Part shown: positions 1 through 12,213 of the stretch, one piece after another | How positions within the stretch are numbered: position 1 is the first letter of the stretch | Layout of the letters: every line of letters begins with the position of its first letter | Source: Eledone cirrhosa | Lineage: Eukaryota | Length of the DNA stretch: 64,000 nucleotides | Assembly (NCBI GenBank): GCA_964016885.1 | Contig: OZ024747.1 | Location: forward strand, 87,296,001 to 87,360,000 | Direction: 5' to 3' | Program-made: the position numbers and the translations under genes | The notes under the pieces: model-generated | Databases searched by the model: none | Told to the model about the DNA's origin: nothing | The model's input: only the letters and a program-made list of their open reading frames with translations

Positions 1-107
1 GATGACAGGCAAAGTTAACCTCGGCGGGATTTGAACTCAGAACGTAAAAGGTTGGAACTCTGTACTGCAAAGCATGGCGTCCGACCCTCCACCGATACTG
101 CCAATCC
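1..107 (-). mobile_element. tRNA-derived SINE family A, 5' part (runs off window start)
   Basis: Minus strand has A-box-like TGGCAGTATCGG and B-box GAGTTCAAATCC; matches copies at 4384, 18102 and 37212. Confidence 0.85.
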
Positions 108-141
108 ACAACCTTTTTTTATACACACACACACACGCACT

Positions 142-262
<121 letters not shown>

Positions 263-449
263 TTCAAGTGTGATGGAGATATGTAAATCTCATTGGCTCA
301 ACTCCAAAGTATTATAGAAAGATTGATTTCGGATTAAAAAGAAAATTCAACGAGGCATTTACCTTCTCCAGTCATAGTTAATCAAATTCTCAGTTCTTAC
401 AAGCTTATATACATACATACATACATACATACATACATACATACATACA

Positions 450-482
<33 letters not shown>

Positions 483-690
483 GTGAGAAAAACCACAGAC
501 CCTCCATCTCAACTCTACTTTTGAAAAGCAGAACTGCGAAACCGGTAAAGGAACCAAATAAATAAATATATATATTTTTTTAAAATAAGACTCCAGTTGC
601 ATTTTCGGTTTCATCTCTCTTTCTTTATACTCTCACTCGCGTAGGACACCTCGGTTATTTTTCATTCTGTAAAAAAACCTCACTTTCTAA
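483..690 (+). mobile_element. 3'-end remnant of the Neptune-like PLE family
   Basis: ctccatctcaa..ttgaaaagc..accggta and tail actcgcgtaggacacctc resemble 52480-52650 and the tail at 50113-50145; ends in (TA)n. Confidence 0.6.
518..550 (+). ncRNA. Minimal type-I hammerhead ribozyme, U3-A8 core variant
   Basis: ctt-TTGAAAA-gcag aa ctgc-GAAACCGGTA-aag: stem I ctt/aag, stem II gcag/ctgc, palindromic stem III ACCGGT, GUA site. Confidence 0.65.
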
Positions 691-703
691 TAATATATAT
701 ATA

Positions 704-823
<120 letters not shown>

Positions 824-1007
824 AGAGTCTCGGATTCAGTCTTTTCTTTATATCATCTGTCTGTCACCCACTTCGTTTATTGTCTCTCTGCCGACCACTG
901 GCCGCTGGTCTCTGTCCTCCAAGGAACTTTGGCCCATCATTCTCATTGACAGCTTTTGGCTGTTGTAACAGCTCTTCTAGCGATGAGTTTTCTCATTTTT
1001 CTATGAA

Positions 1008-1078
<71 letters not shown>

Positions 1079-1786
1079 AAAAATGGAGTGCTGCGTGGTT
1101 GCACATGGGTTACATATGAATAAAATTAGTCCTTCATCAGTGATCTTCCAACCTTCATTGGTATTTCATCGCTTTAAATATATATATATATGGCATACAA
1201 CCCAACACGAAACAGAACTCGTAACAGCACCGAGTGCTTCAAACGGCGCACTGCTTGTAACAGTTGTTACTCACTTAGCTAACACACACACAGACACACA
1301 CAGACACACACACACAAACATACACATATATTCCTTTATTAAAAGAGTAACACAAAAGTGAAGACTAGAAAGTCACAAAGAATATCATATACCAACCCAC
1401 TATTCTATCAGGATCCCACTAAATATTTTAATGAACTATTTTGGTTTGTATGAACCCTAGCTGGAGACCAGTGCTCTATACGACTAAATCTTTTAGTAGT
1501 CTATAGTATACAAACCTATTAAAAACGAGACAAAAGTGAATGTGACGGTGTCTGGTTTAAAATAACTACAATAAGTCTTTTACTGTGCAATTGTTTCAGT
1601 TTCCACACGCCCTCTCAAATGACGTCACAGGGCAACCGAGTTCAACATTGAAATTGTTATAATTAATAGTTAAGAGTTCAACCAGCCTACCACCCACTAC
1701 TATTATAGACAAGTTGTTCTTCAGGATTTGGAAAATGTGTTGTTGTTGATGCTTAACCCCAGATCAATCTTAGTCGAGTCGACCTA

Positions 1787-2165
1787 TCTATATATGTAAA
1801 CTTGTAGTTCCTGTCTCTTTCTTTGTCTGTTTGTCTGTTTGTTTGTCACGAACTCCTCCTATGGTTTTGGAGATAGACCCCAAAACCATATATATTCTGA
1901 AACTAAATTGCCCAGGGTACTTGGATAAGTATATTTAATTTTAATCAAAGGGTTCCCCGGGGGCACAAACCCCCATTGAAAATATTTCCCCTTCGTTTTA
2001 TATGAAATTTAAACCATAGGTAAATGACATGATATGATGCCTATTCACAAAATTTCAGCAGATTTCAATTATATTAAGACATCCCAATGGAGTTTTTCTC
2101 CATAAATTATATCACTGATTTAAGAAATGTGGGAAACGCAGCAAGGCGCAGGTAATTCGACGTGT
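1787..2165 (+). mobile_element. Degenerate non-autonomous Helitron-like element
   Basis: Starts a|TCTATATATGTAAAC followed by (GTCT/GTTT)n, as in the 17.1-17.8 kb element; 3' hairpin and CTAG decayed. Confidence 0.45.
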
Positions 2166-2361
2166 CTATAATAAGTGGCGAATTAGCAGGCATTAAAACG
2201 TCGGATATAATGCTTTGCGATGGTTTGTTCCAGCTCTTCGCACACAAATCTCACTGATATCAACTTTGCTTTCCTTCCTTTTTTATGTCGATAAATAAAT
2301 TACTTTTCCAATACCAGGATCGATTCTCTCTCTCTCCCGCTCTCCCGCTCTCTCTCTCCCC

Positions 2362-2398
<37 letters not shown>

Positions 2399-2915
2399 CC
2401 TCTCTCTCTCTCTCCTTGTCTCTCTTTCTCTCTCTTTCTCTCTATTTCCAGAAGAAGTCGGCTGAGAGAGACGGGCGCCACATGTTTTAGAATGACATAT
2501 ATATTAGACGGCCCTTACAACTCCATTAGGAGTTAAGTGTCCAAATATGGATAGCTCAAATATGGATAGCGTTTATGGTGCAACTTGCACAATATTATTC
2601 AATGTGTTTTTTCTTCTTTCTAAGACGATAGGGTATGATTTAAGAAAGATATGTCTGTCACCTCCAGATTGAGTGACTACGCAGAGGTTCTAGCGTTGGC
2701 TCGTGGTTTGGGAAACCCTGGGTTCTATGGTTGTTACATCCCTAATAAAATGTAAATTTCTGTGCGTCTGCCCGCATGGTTTTCTGGTTTTGGCAAATAT
2801 ACATATTGCACTTTAGTATTAAAATAAATATGGCTCAAATTCAAATATGCTGTTGCTTAAGTTCTTTCGTAACTTATAGAGGGCTTTTCAACTTGATATA
2901 GAAAGAATATATATG

Positions 2916-3122
2916 AAGGCTGAGTGGTTAGAGAATTGGATTTGCAATCGTGAAGTTGTGAGTTCGATTCACGGACCGGGCGATGCGTTATGTCCTTGAG
3001 GAAGACACTTTATTTCACGTTGTTCCTTCTACTTGGAGTTGCGACCGATAGATAGTATTAGCAATTGGAAAGACCAATGGAAACATTATTTCCTCGGTCC
3101 GATTTGACGAAAGTCGATCGAT
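2916..3122 (+). mobile_element. tRNA-derived SINE family B
   Basis: GGCTGAGTGG A box, GAGTTCGATTC B box, TGTCCTTGAG.AAGACACTT core; near-identical to 14428-14644. Confidence 0.8.
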
Positions 3123-3172
3123 TGTGTGTGTATATATATATATACATATGTATGTATATATGTGTGCGTATG

Positions 3173-3216
<44 letters not shown>

Positions 3217-3242
3217 CATATGTATGTATATATGTGTGCGTG

Positions 3243-3331
<89 letters not shown>

Positions 3332-4383
3332 GATAACATACGTATGTGTTTATGTTGGTGGAGATGGAAGTGGTGCACGATTAAAGTCCATTAATCAGCA
3401 AATCGGTGTTAAGTTGTCTAAACAGAACCAAACAAGCAGATAACAAGCTTTAATAATAATAAACAAAACAGAGTTATGTTGAGGTGTTTCAGCTATCAGG
3501 TTTGTTTTCGCCAGCTGAACTATATTGTCTTCAACTTTTCGTCTGTAGATGATAACGTATACAACAGCTCAAAACACAACTTGTTCTTTGCTTTTAGTCA
3601 AACGAGCTGAATAAGAAGTTAGATAGTTGACTAACAAGTGTTGACAATGATGTTGCTGTTGCCGTTGATGTTTTTGTTGTATGTCGGTAATTTTATGAGA
3701 TAGAAATAAATGTCATATTTTCAAAAGAGTTCTAGTTACTATTATTTCTTTTGTGGGGTAATGAAGCGGAGGGATATAAACGGACTACTTCGGGGAATGT
3801 TCTTCCTGTTTAAGATGTTAGTAAGGAAAGTTAAAGGTAGAATTTGGCTGCTATTTCTAGCAGGTCAAATGATCATTTAAAAACGTTCTCGCTAGCTCTA
3901 TGTAAAAGTGATTTTTAACAGGTACAAGGTGGTGTATAGTTGATGTAACGCTACTTAAACCTACTTTCCACCAGTTCAACGCAGTGTTTGCAATCTATGA
4001 TGTGTACATGTGCACATACCTTCTGTTAGTTTAGTTAGCTCAAGTATTCTTAATCTTTATATCTTTCATGTTTGGGAATTTAGATAGTCCCAGCCGAATA
4101 GTTTACTGTTGTGATTAATGAAGAAACGTTTATTTACCAGGCCTGGGAAATCTCTCCGGCCATATATTGATAGTTTCAATTTTATTCCGTCCATTCAGTT
4201 TCAACTTGAGAAGAAGTCTTAGTCTGCACATGTATTCCACCTTAAATTTTTCCTTGATTTCCTCCTGCATTATCTGATCAACTTCCAATATCCCTAATTA
4301 CTTATAACCTTCCTCTTTTGCTTTATAACCTTTTCTGATGGCAGCACCAACCCCTCAAAGCTTTTTATTATTATTATCATTTT

Positions 4384-4583
4384 GGTGAATTGGCAGTATC
4401 GGTAGAGGGTCGGACGCCATGCTTTGCAGCATAGTTAGGTCCCTTTACGGTCTGAGTTCAAATCCCGCCGAGGTGAACTTTGCCTTTCATGCTTACGGAG
4501 TCGATAAAATAAAGTACCAGTAATGCACTGGGATAATTGCTGGCCTTGCGCCAATAGTAGAAACAATTATTATTATTATTATT
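4384..4583 (+). mobile_element. SINE family A with (ATT)n tail
   Basis: A and B boxes; 3' end ggccttgcgccaatagtagaaacaattattatt. Confidence 0.85.
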
Positions 4584-4597
4584 AAATAATAAAAATC

Positions 4598-4692
4598 TTT
4601 ACACGCACAAAACCCACATCGTACCGTCCTGTACCGTCCTGTGCCGTCTGTAATGTTTTTCTTGATGTCAGCCCTTGTGGCTAATAAAGAAA

Positions 4693-4727
<35 letters not shown>
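4598..4727 (+). mobile_element. 3'-terminal fragment of the Tx1/L1-like LINE
   Basis: Aligns by eye with 7263-7390 (cacgca..gtcctgta..cccttgtggctaataaagaaatc(att)n). Confidence 0.75.
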
Positions 4728-4729
<2 letters not shown>

Positions 4730-5622
4730 AGCTGCATTTATCTTGCTTTATGTTCATACGAGTTATCACCAAGTCACAACCAGTGACCTCAAGAGACAAC
4801 AAGGTCCGCCATGTTCAAGAAAGAACATACATACACACACATGCATCTTTAGGTGTTTAGACTTGTGATGTACTTATATTGACAGAATCTTCCTTAGTAT
4901 ATTGGCAGTTCCCATAAGTACTATCTTTTGTATTTCTCCTATACGCGGGTTTTCTGGGATTTTCGATAAGTAATCATTAGACCCCTTAGGTATCATTCCC
5001 AGAGCGCCTACAACCACTGGTATTGTTTTAGTTCTCAATTTCCACATTTTTCCAATTTCTATCTCCAGGTCCTTATACTTGCTCAATTTTTCAAATGTGT
5101 TTATAGATACATTCTTGTCTATTGGAACGGACATATCAATTAGCAGGCATAGCCTCTTTTTAAAGTCCTTCAGTATTATATCAGGTCTATTTGGATGTAT
5201 TTTTCGGTCTGTTTGGATGCTAAAGTTCCACAAGATTGAGATGTGATCTTTTTCAAGTATGGGAGGTGGTTGATGCTCCCACCAATTCTTTTGATGGGGC
5301 AGGTCAAAATGCTTACACATTATCCAATGTATGTATTGTGCAGTTCTGTCATGCCTGTTTAGGTATTCGGTTGGAGCTATAGGACTGCACATTGAAATTA
5401 TATGATCAATGGTCTCTGGTTGATTTTTACATACACGGCATAATGGGCTGCATCCATTTTTTATTATGTTGGGTTGGTAATTTTTTGTTGGTAGACACTG
5501 ATCTTGTGCTGATATAATCAGTCCTTCAGTCTCCGATTTCAGTCCAGAGGATGCCAACCACTGATGGGTTAAAGTTTTGTCAACATCAGGATTGTTAGCT
5601 CTTTCTGGGTATTTTCCATACA
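4728..5622 (-). mobile_element. 5'-truncated R4/Dong-clade non-LTR retrotransposon inserted in (TAA)n
   Basis: ORF with GLKSETEGLI..AQDQ, CCHC knuckle CRVC..ETIDHIISMC and RLE endonuclease RPDI..LLIDMSVP..K..KY; short 3' UTR; (TAA)n on both sides. Confidence 0.9.
4874..5622 (-). CDS. C-terminal Zn knuckle + restriction-like endonuclease of the Dong-like ORF (partial; listed N-terminus is microsatellite)
   Basis: PD-(D/E)xK-type motif and CCHC in open frame 4874..5671. Confidence 0.85.
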
Positions 5623-5764
5623 GTATTATTATTATTATTATTATTATTATTGTTCCTTGAGTCTCAGTCATTGATGTTATTTAACTGGAAAGTTTGTTGA
5701 AATGAATATCAAGCCGCTACCTGCAGCCTCGGATATTCAGGACGTATCGAAGGGTTCTTGCTGT

Positions 5765-7356
5765 TATTAACGCCAAACACATCGAGGCGATCGGCACTAC
5801 ACTAAGAGAATGCGAAGCGGTGACAGGAGCAATGATCAACCAGGAAAAGTCAGTGGGCCTGCAACTCGGCACCTGGAGAGGTAGGTCCATGCCGTCCAAC
5901 AGCGTCGTCGGACGCTGGACGGACGGACCGGTTAAATTGCTAGGGGTCTGGTTCGGTCCGGACCTCCAGACGGACAAAAACTGGGACGAGGTGACGAGCA
6001 GGGTGGCTTCTCTCACCCAGAAATGGGCGGAGAGGAAGCTATCCCTGAAAGGTCGAGCGGAGGTGGCTAACGCGTACATCGCGTCTGTCATCTGCTACCG
6101 CCTGACCGTCGTACCTTGTCCTAAGCTCCGCCTGACTGCGCTGGAGCGTTTGCTCTTTCGCTTTTTGTGGAAGGGACGCGCTCCGATGGTCAGGTGGTCT
6201 ATGTGCTGTCAACACCCGCTACGTGGAGGGCTGGGCATGCCGTGGCTGATGATGCGCAGGCACGCGCTCAGGCTACGACATCTCCACCTCTTCCTCGACG
6301 GTGATCAGGTGTGGTCGCCGTTTGCTAGACACGTATTTCCCCAGCTCGTTTCCTTGACGGAGCTGCAGTCCTGGGTCAAGCGAAGACCGGGAGGGAGCGC
6401 CTGGAGACTGGAATGTCTTCAGGCGCTCACAGCCCTCGTCCAATCGGGCAATGTAATCAGTGGAAACTCCACCTCGGCGTTCTATAGAGGATTAGTGGAG
6501 GGGAAGAGCGACGACGTACTTGGGGAAACTCTAGGCGTCGACGAAAATCAACTAGCCAATCTCTTCGGAAGAACTTTCGGGCCAGGGCCTATGGACAACT
6601 TCCAGAAATCTCTGGTCTGGCAGTGCTACCGAGGAGCCTTGCCAGTTCGGGATAAACTCTACAGGCATGGAGGTGCCGTCAGCCGGGCATGTCCGAGATG
6701 CGCGCAGGGCGACGAAACCGTCCTGCACGCACTCGTCCAGTGTCCGAAAATTGCTGACTTGTGGGTTTATGTCGAACACCTGCTGTCGCGTGTAGGACGG
6801 ATCCGGCTATCATCTGAGTCCATCGTGAGGATTGCTCCGCCCTCCTCCTTTAGCCGGGAAGGGCAGGCAGTTTTTATCTGTCTGGTGGCCATGGCGAAAG
6901 AGATAGTATGGTGGACACGTTTGAAAGGGCTGAAGACGAGCACTTACCTCTTCGGTGATGCTCTGATTGACTTTTTCAAATTTCATTTGAAAAGGAAAAT
7001 CAGAGTAGAGAGGGAAGTGCTCTCTTCCCAACATTTTGTTGAAAGATGGGTGAGAGAAGCAAGAATGGCCCGAGTGAATGGGCCTAGTCTGAGTATATAT
7101 CTGTAAATTAAAGGTGGAAAACTGGGAGAGGGCACTGGCCTTGGTGGTCAGGGTCACTGTGGCCTTTTACTGGGCTTTCTCCACAAATGTCCCTCCGAAG
7201 TCTCCCCCCTATTGGGGAATTTTTCATTGTTATTTTTTTGTTACATCCTCTGTTTTTGTTTTTTACACGCAGAAATGCCCATTTGTGCCGTCCTGTATTG
7301 TCCTGTACTGTCCTTAATGTCTACTTTATGTAAACCCTTGTGGTTAATAAAGAAAA

Positions 7357-7390
<34 letters not shown>
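5765..7390 (+). mobile_element. 5'-truncated Tx1/L1-clade LINE with 3' UTR and (ATT)n tail
   Basis: Late RT motifs (GAMINQEKS, KLLGV, LSLKGR, GGLG), CCHC CPRC..ETVLHALVQC, then aataaa and (ATT)n. Confidence 0.88.
5820..7106 (+). CDS. Tx1/L1-like ORF2 C-terminal half (RT thumb + zf-RVT-like knuckle), partial
   Basis: Uninterrupted 428-aa GC-rich ORF with L1-clade motifs. Confidence 0.85.
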   Translation: MTGAMINQEKSVGLQLGTWRGRSMPSNSVVGRWTDGPVKLLGVWFGPDLQTDKNWDEVTSRVASLTQKWAERKLSLKGRAEVANAYIASVICYRLTVVPCPKLRLTALERLLFRFLWKGRAPMVRWSMCCQHPLRGGLGMPWLMMRRHALRLRHLHLFLDGDQVWSPFARHVFPQLVSLTELQSWVKRRPGGSAWRLECLQALTALVQSGNVISGNSTSAFYRGLVEGKSDDVLGETLGVDENQLANLFGRTFGPGPMDNFQKSLVWQCYRGALPVRDKLYRHGGAVSRACPRCAQGDETVLHALVQCPKIADLWVYVEHLLSRVGRIRLSSESIVRIAPPSSFSREGQAVFICLVAMAKEIVWWTRLKGLKTSTYLFGDALIDFFKFHLKRKIRVEREVLSSQHFVERWVREARMARVNGPSLSIYL

Positions 7391-7391
<1 letters not shown>

Positions 7392-7398
7392 GGTCAGC

Positions 7399-7606
7399 TT
7401 ATTGGCAGTATCTGTAGGATGTCGGACATGCTTTACAGCAAAGAGTTACCGTCCTTTACGTTCTGTGTTCAAATCCCGCCGAGGTTAGCTTCGTCTTTCA
7501 TCCTTACGGGGTCGATAAAATAAAGTACTAGTAATGTATTGGGGTCCATTTAATCAACTTTCCCCTCCCACAAAATTGTTGGCCTTGTGCCTAAATCAGA
7601 AACCAT
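7399..7606 (+). mobile_element. SINE family A
   Basis: ttggcagtatc..gttcaaatcccgccgagg..ggccttgtgcctaaatcagaaacc. Confidence 0.8.
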
Positions 7607-7899
7607 TGTTGTTGTTGTTGTTGTTGTTAGTGTTGTTGCTGCTGCTGCTGCTACTGGGGCTGCATTACTGCTCCGCATCCTATCCCGTTTTTTTTTTGTT
7701 TAAGTTTGCCAAGGGGTTATGTGACTGCATGAATAGATATGTTTATTATCAAAACACATAACTATTAATAGATCTTCGTATTAATTGCAATGGTTGAAAC
7801 CTGAAGACGGTTTTCTAGAACATCTCTCGTCTTCTTTTCTTTTTTCTATTTCTAATATCTTCGATGGTTTTTTACTTGCTGAGCGAAAGTCTTAATTTC

Positions 7900-8462
7900 A
7901 ATAATAATAATGATTTCATTATTAACCACAAGGGTTTACATCAAGGAAAACATAAAGGATGGTACAGGATGGTACAAATATGAGTTTCTGTGTGTATAAA
8001 AGGAAACACAATAACAATAACAAAAGATGTAACAAAAAAATAGAAACAAAAACAAATTCCCAATAGGGGGAGGACAACTGAGGGTTACTGCTGGAGAAAG
8101 ACCACAAAAGCCATGGTCACCCGGAACTCTGGTGTAAGTGCCCTCTCCCAGTTGTCCTTCACTGACTGTCCCTGGTTAATCATTGCTTCTGTCGCCGCCT
8201 CGTATTCTTTGAGATCGCCCTAATGCTTGGTGCTCGGCTCCACTACGGTGATATCGTCAGCATAAGTTGACACGGTTCTCCCGCATCCCAGTTCGCGCAG
8301 GATGCACCTCAACGGTAGGCCGCCGTCGAGGTAAGGACTAAAGTCCATTCCGCGATCTGGACCGCCACTGCTCCGGAATAGTTGAGCGAAATACTACTGA
8401 AAGACAGCACACATCTTCTCGATTAACATGCGTCATCGGGATACGCCAAAGACCGGCTCGTG
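7900..8462 (-). mobile_element. Internally deleted Tx1/L1-like derivative
   Basis: Minus strand joins pre-RT linker (YFAQLF..DFSPYLD), RT YADD segment (TVSTYADDITV..AMINQ) and the 3' UTR/(ATT)n of the 5.8-kb family. Confidence 0.75.
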
Positions 8463-8804
8463 GATTTGTTGCATACATACATACATGCATACATATATAT
8501 ATACATACATACACTCATACATACATACATACATACATACATACATACATACATACATACATACATACATACATACATACATGCATATATATATACATAC
8601 ATACACTCATACATACATACATACATACATACATACATACATACATGCATACATGCATATATATATACATACATACACTCATACATACATACATACATAC
8701 ATACATACATGCATACATACATACATACATACATACATACATACATACATACATACATACATACATACATACATACATACATACATGCATGTATGCATGC
8801 ATGA

Positions 8805-9125
8805 ATGATGGCTGCCTACTCGTTATCGAGTATGGCCATTGCACGATATAGCATTATTAATAATTATCAATTAATTTTATCGTGCAATGCCTGCGTGGTG
8901 AAGATTTTTTTAAAGTGAAGAAATGGTTTGCAGTAAGTCAATCCCACTCTCTGGGCGACAGTAGCTATAACCCGAAAAGATCAACATCATCGGTAACTAC
9001 TGAGCCGCAGGTTTTATGTCGGAGTTATCCCAGTTTCCTGGGTTGCCTTCTCCTAGAAGAATGCCCTGACAAAGGCTAGGGGTCCTTCACTCCCAGTGGT
9101 TTAACCGGGTATCCAGCGCCATTAT
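8805..9125 (-). mobile_element. Non-autonomous retroelement family C with (TATG)n tail
   Basis: Reverse-complement matches 49140-49545 (ccttagcctttgtca.., agagtggga.., tactcga.aacgagt.ggcagcca). Confidence 0.65.
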
Positions 9126-9731
9126 TTCTATGTCCCCGCGCCTATGAATAGATGTATATACACATATACATACACACATATATACATGTGTATATACATA
9201 TTTACACATTTTTGAATGGCCGCAGACTCATACATACATGCATACATACATACATACATACATACATACATACATACATACATACATACATACATACATA
9301 CATACATACATACATACATACATACATACATAGTCAGATAGAGCGAATAAGAGAAAGAAATAGACCGCTAGAAACAGAGAGACGTTTTTGACAGAGCTTA
9401 ACAATCGTCTTACAAACAAAATGGAGTTACAGTTATTGTGATATAGATTATTTTTCTAGGGGATCTGGATGCAGTTTAGGTGCCCTTTTTGTCTTTCTAA
9501 TCATGACAGTATGTTTTAGTTTAGAGAGAAATTGTTCTCTCACATTTATTGTCTCAGAACAATCTTTGAGACCAGCTGGTGCATGTTTGCGAGGGCATAT
9601 GTCAAGTAAACTAAACCCACGAGACCGCTTACCAAACAAACACTTTTAAACACACACACGCACACATATCCACCCATACACACACATTTACACGCTCAAT
9701 AAAAAAAAGCCTGCTCTGACATACCTATATG

Positions 9732-9843
<112 letters not shown>

Positions 9844-11041
9844 TGCGTGCGTGCGTGTGTGTATGTATTCTCTTTCACATTTTTATACCGAGTTCTGAAA
9901 ACAACATTTGGAAGTCAAGTTTTAGAAGTTCCCGTTCCAAAATATCTTCACATCCAACACAATCCTCATTCTCCATTACGCTTTTAAAAAAATGAATACC
10001 ATTACTACTTAAACAACTATGTCCGTTACCATTACCGGCGCTATCATTGCTTTTCTATGTCGGTGCCACCAACAAAATCCATTACCATTACAAACTCCAC
10101 TACCGGCATCATAAAAGCTGTCAACGAAAGAGGCCTCTATGTGGCTGATCTGCTAGAAATAGCAGCCAAAAATCCCCCACCCCACCTCACCTCGGATAAT
10201 ACAGTCCAAGATACATACGTTATTGTTTGAACAAAACGGAGTTTTGTCAAGGTTGTAATGATCGTTGTTATTTTTTCAATCAGATCTGACCTGAAGCTAA
10301 ACAACAACAACGCCGTTTCTTCTACTAGATCCACCACTTTCACAAATTCCTTAACAACCCCCTTGGACTTTTATAAAAATAAATAAAAGCGCAATATTAT
10401 TTCAGCCCGGGATATACTTTAATCTTTGAGAGAAAAAGAAAAAAAGAAAAACTATAAAAAAAGCAACTCTCCTGACTGACACAACTAATCTCACTACACA
10501 TTACCTTCCAACCCAATTCACCATTCGCCTTTCCATGTTATTGTTCTTTACCAAATGAAGTCTGGAACAAAAACAAGCTTTCACTGTTGTTGTTGTTGCT
10601 GTTGTTGTAGTTAATTTAGCTTTATAATGTAAAACAAATAGAACAATTCATTACCCATACTCACATTTCGGTGATGGCGGACGGAGTAACTTTTGATAAT
10701 TGATGGGAGGTGTGATTTCAAAGCTGTTGCTTTGCCATACACTACTACACATTCCAAATTCTACGTCCGTCACACAACATGTCGATATTGTCTATTTGTA
10801 GCAGCTTTCTCATATATTATTCAACTGTCCACTTCATAAGCTGGTACTCACTGATGATCCACGACGTGCAGAGCGGTTTCAAATCTCAAAAGCTTCATTA
10901 ATACTACTGGACATATAATTTCAGTAGTATAAATGAAACTTGGTCCTGGATATTATACACACGCGCACAAACACACACATACACACGCACAAACACACAC
11001 ATACACACATACATACACTCACATATATATACACACGTGCA

Positions 11042-11086
<45 letters not shown>

Positions 11087-11095
<9 letters not shown>

Positions 11096-11621
11096 TAAAA
11101 AAATAATGAATAAAACAATGAAACAGTTCCTTATATTAAACAAAAAAAGTTCATTATTTAACGATCGTTTCTAGGACATATATGTGTTAGAATTGGCATG
11201 CATATTCAAAAGATCTATGTACAAAATTATACAAACTATCAAAGAGAATATACATACCATCACATATATATGCTGTCTTCAGAAATAATGCTTTCTGAAG
11301 ACAGCATATATATGTGATGGTATGTATATTCTCTTTGATAGTTTGTATAATTTTGTACATAGATCTTTTGAATATGCATGCCAATTCTAACACATATATG
11401 TCCTAGAAACGATCGTTAAATAATGAACTTTTTTTGTTTAATATAAGGAACTGTTTCATTGTTTTATTCATTATTTTTTTAATATTTTATCTTGACTCTG
11501 TATTCCGTTTATCTTTCACCGAAAGTGATTTTTGAATGCATCTCTTCTTTCCATGATATCCGGATTACATTGAGTTCTTCATACGGATTGGACACTACCG
11601 TATACTTTTGGTAGATTTATC

Positions 11622-11625
<4 letters not shown>
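11087..11625. mobile_element. Fold-back element in (TA)n: arms 11087-11285 and 11292-11490 plus a one-sided tail of about 135 bp
   Basis: Near-perfect inverted repeat of about 199 bp with a 6-nt spacer; TA tracts at both ends; HHR-like motif in each arm. Confidence 0.8.
11292..11420 (+). ncRNA. Candidate type-I HHR with a long stem II insert (mirrored on minus strand in the left arm)
   Basis: ttt-CTGAAGA-c..catatatatgtg../..cacatatatg..-GAAACGATCGTT-aaa; palindromic stem III, GUU site. Confidence 0.45.
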
Positions 11626-11678
<53 letters not shown>

Positions 11679-12134
11679 ATGTATGTATGATCCCGTAACT
11701 CCTAATAGAGTTGCAGGGGTCTTTCTTGCGCAATTTAGGCCTGGGGGAGCCCATCCCTCTCCAAGTCTGAGTACAGCAGATTTATTCCAGAGAGAGGAAG
11801 AATCGACCCAGTACTAGACTGGTTCTTTTTTTTATCGACTTCGAAAGTCTGAAAGGCAAAGGTCAGCTCGGCGGGACTTGTTTGTCTCTCATCCCTTACT
11901 CCACTGGACAGCGTTTGGCTTGTCCCAGACGTTGAGACCCAGATTGGACCAGCAGTACCATTGGTAGGGGTCGAAACTGCCAAAGTTCATCTCAACGGCT
12001 GATAACCTAGGAGTTCGTTTGTATTTTGATTTTAAAAAAAAACAATTTATTAAGGTTTTCCCTTAAAAAATTGCTTTTCGTTTTGCTTTGCTGTTCGCTG
12101 CCTTGACCTCTCTCGTTAATTCTCCTAAGTTTAG

Positions 12135-12212
<78 letters not shown>

Positions 12213-12213
12213 G

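Noticed and set aside
1100-1145. CTGATGA on the minus strand (also 20727 plus, CTGAAGA at 7801)
   Set aside because: No properly placed GAAA, stem III or NUH site.
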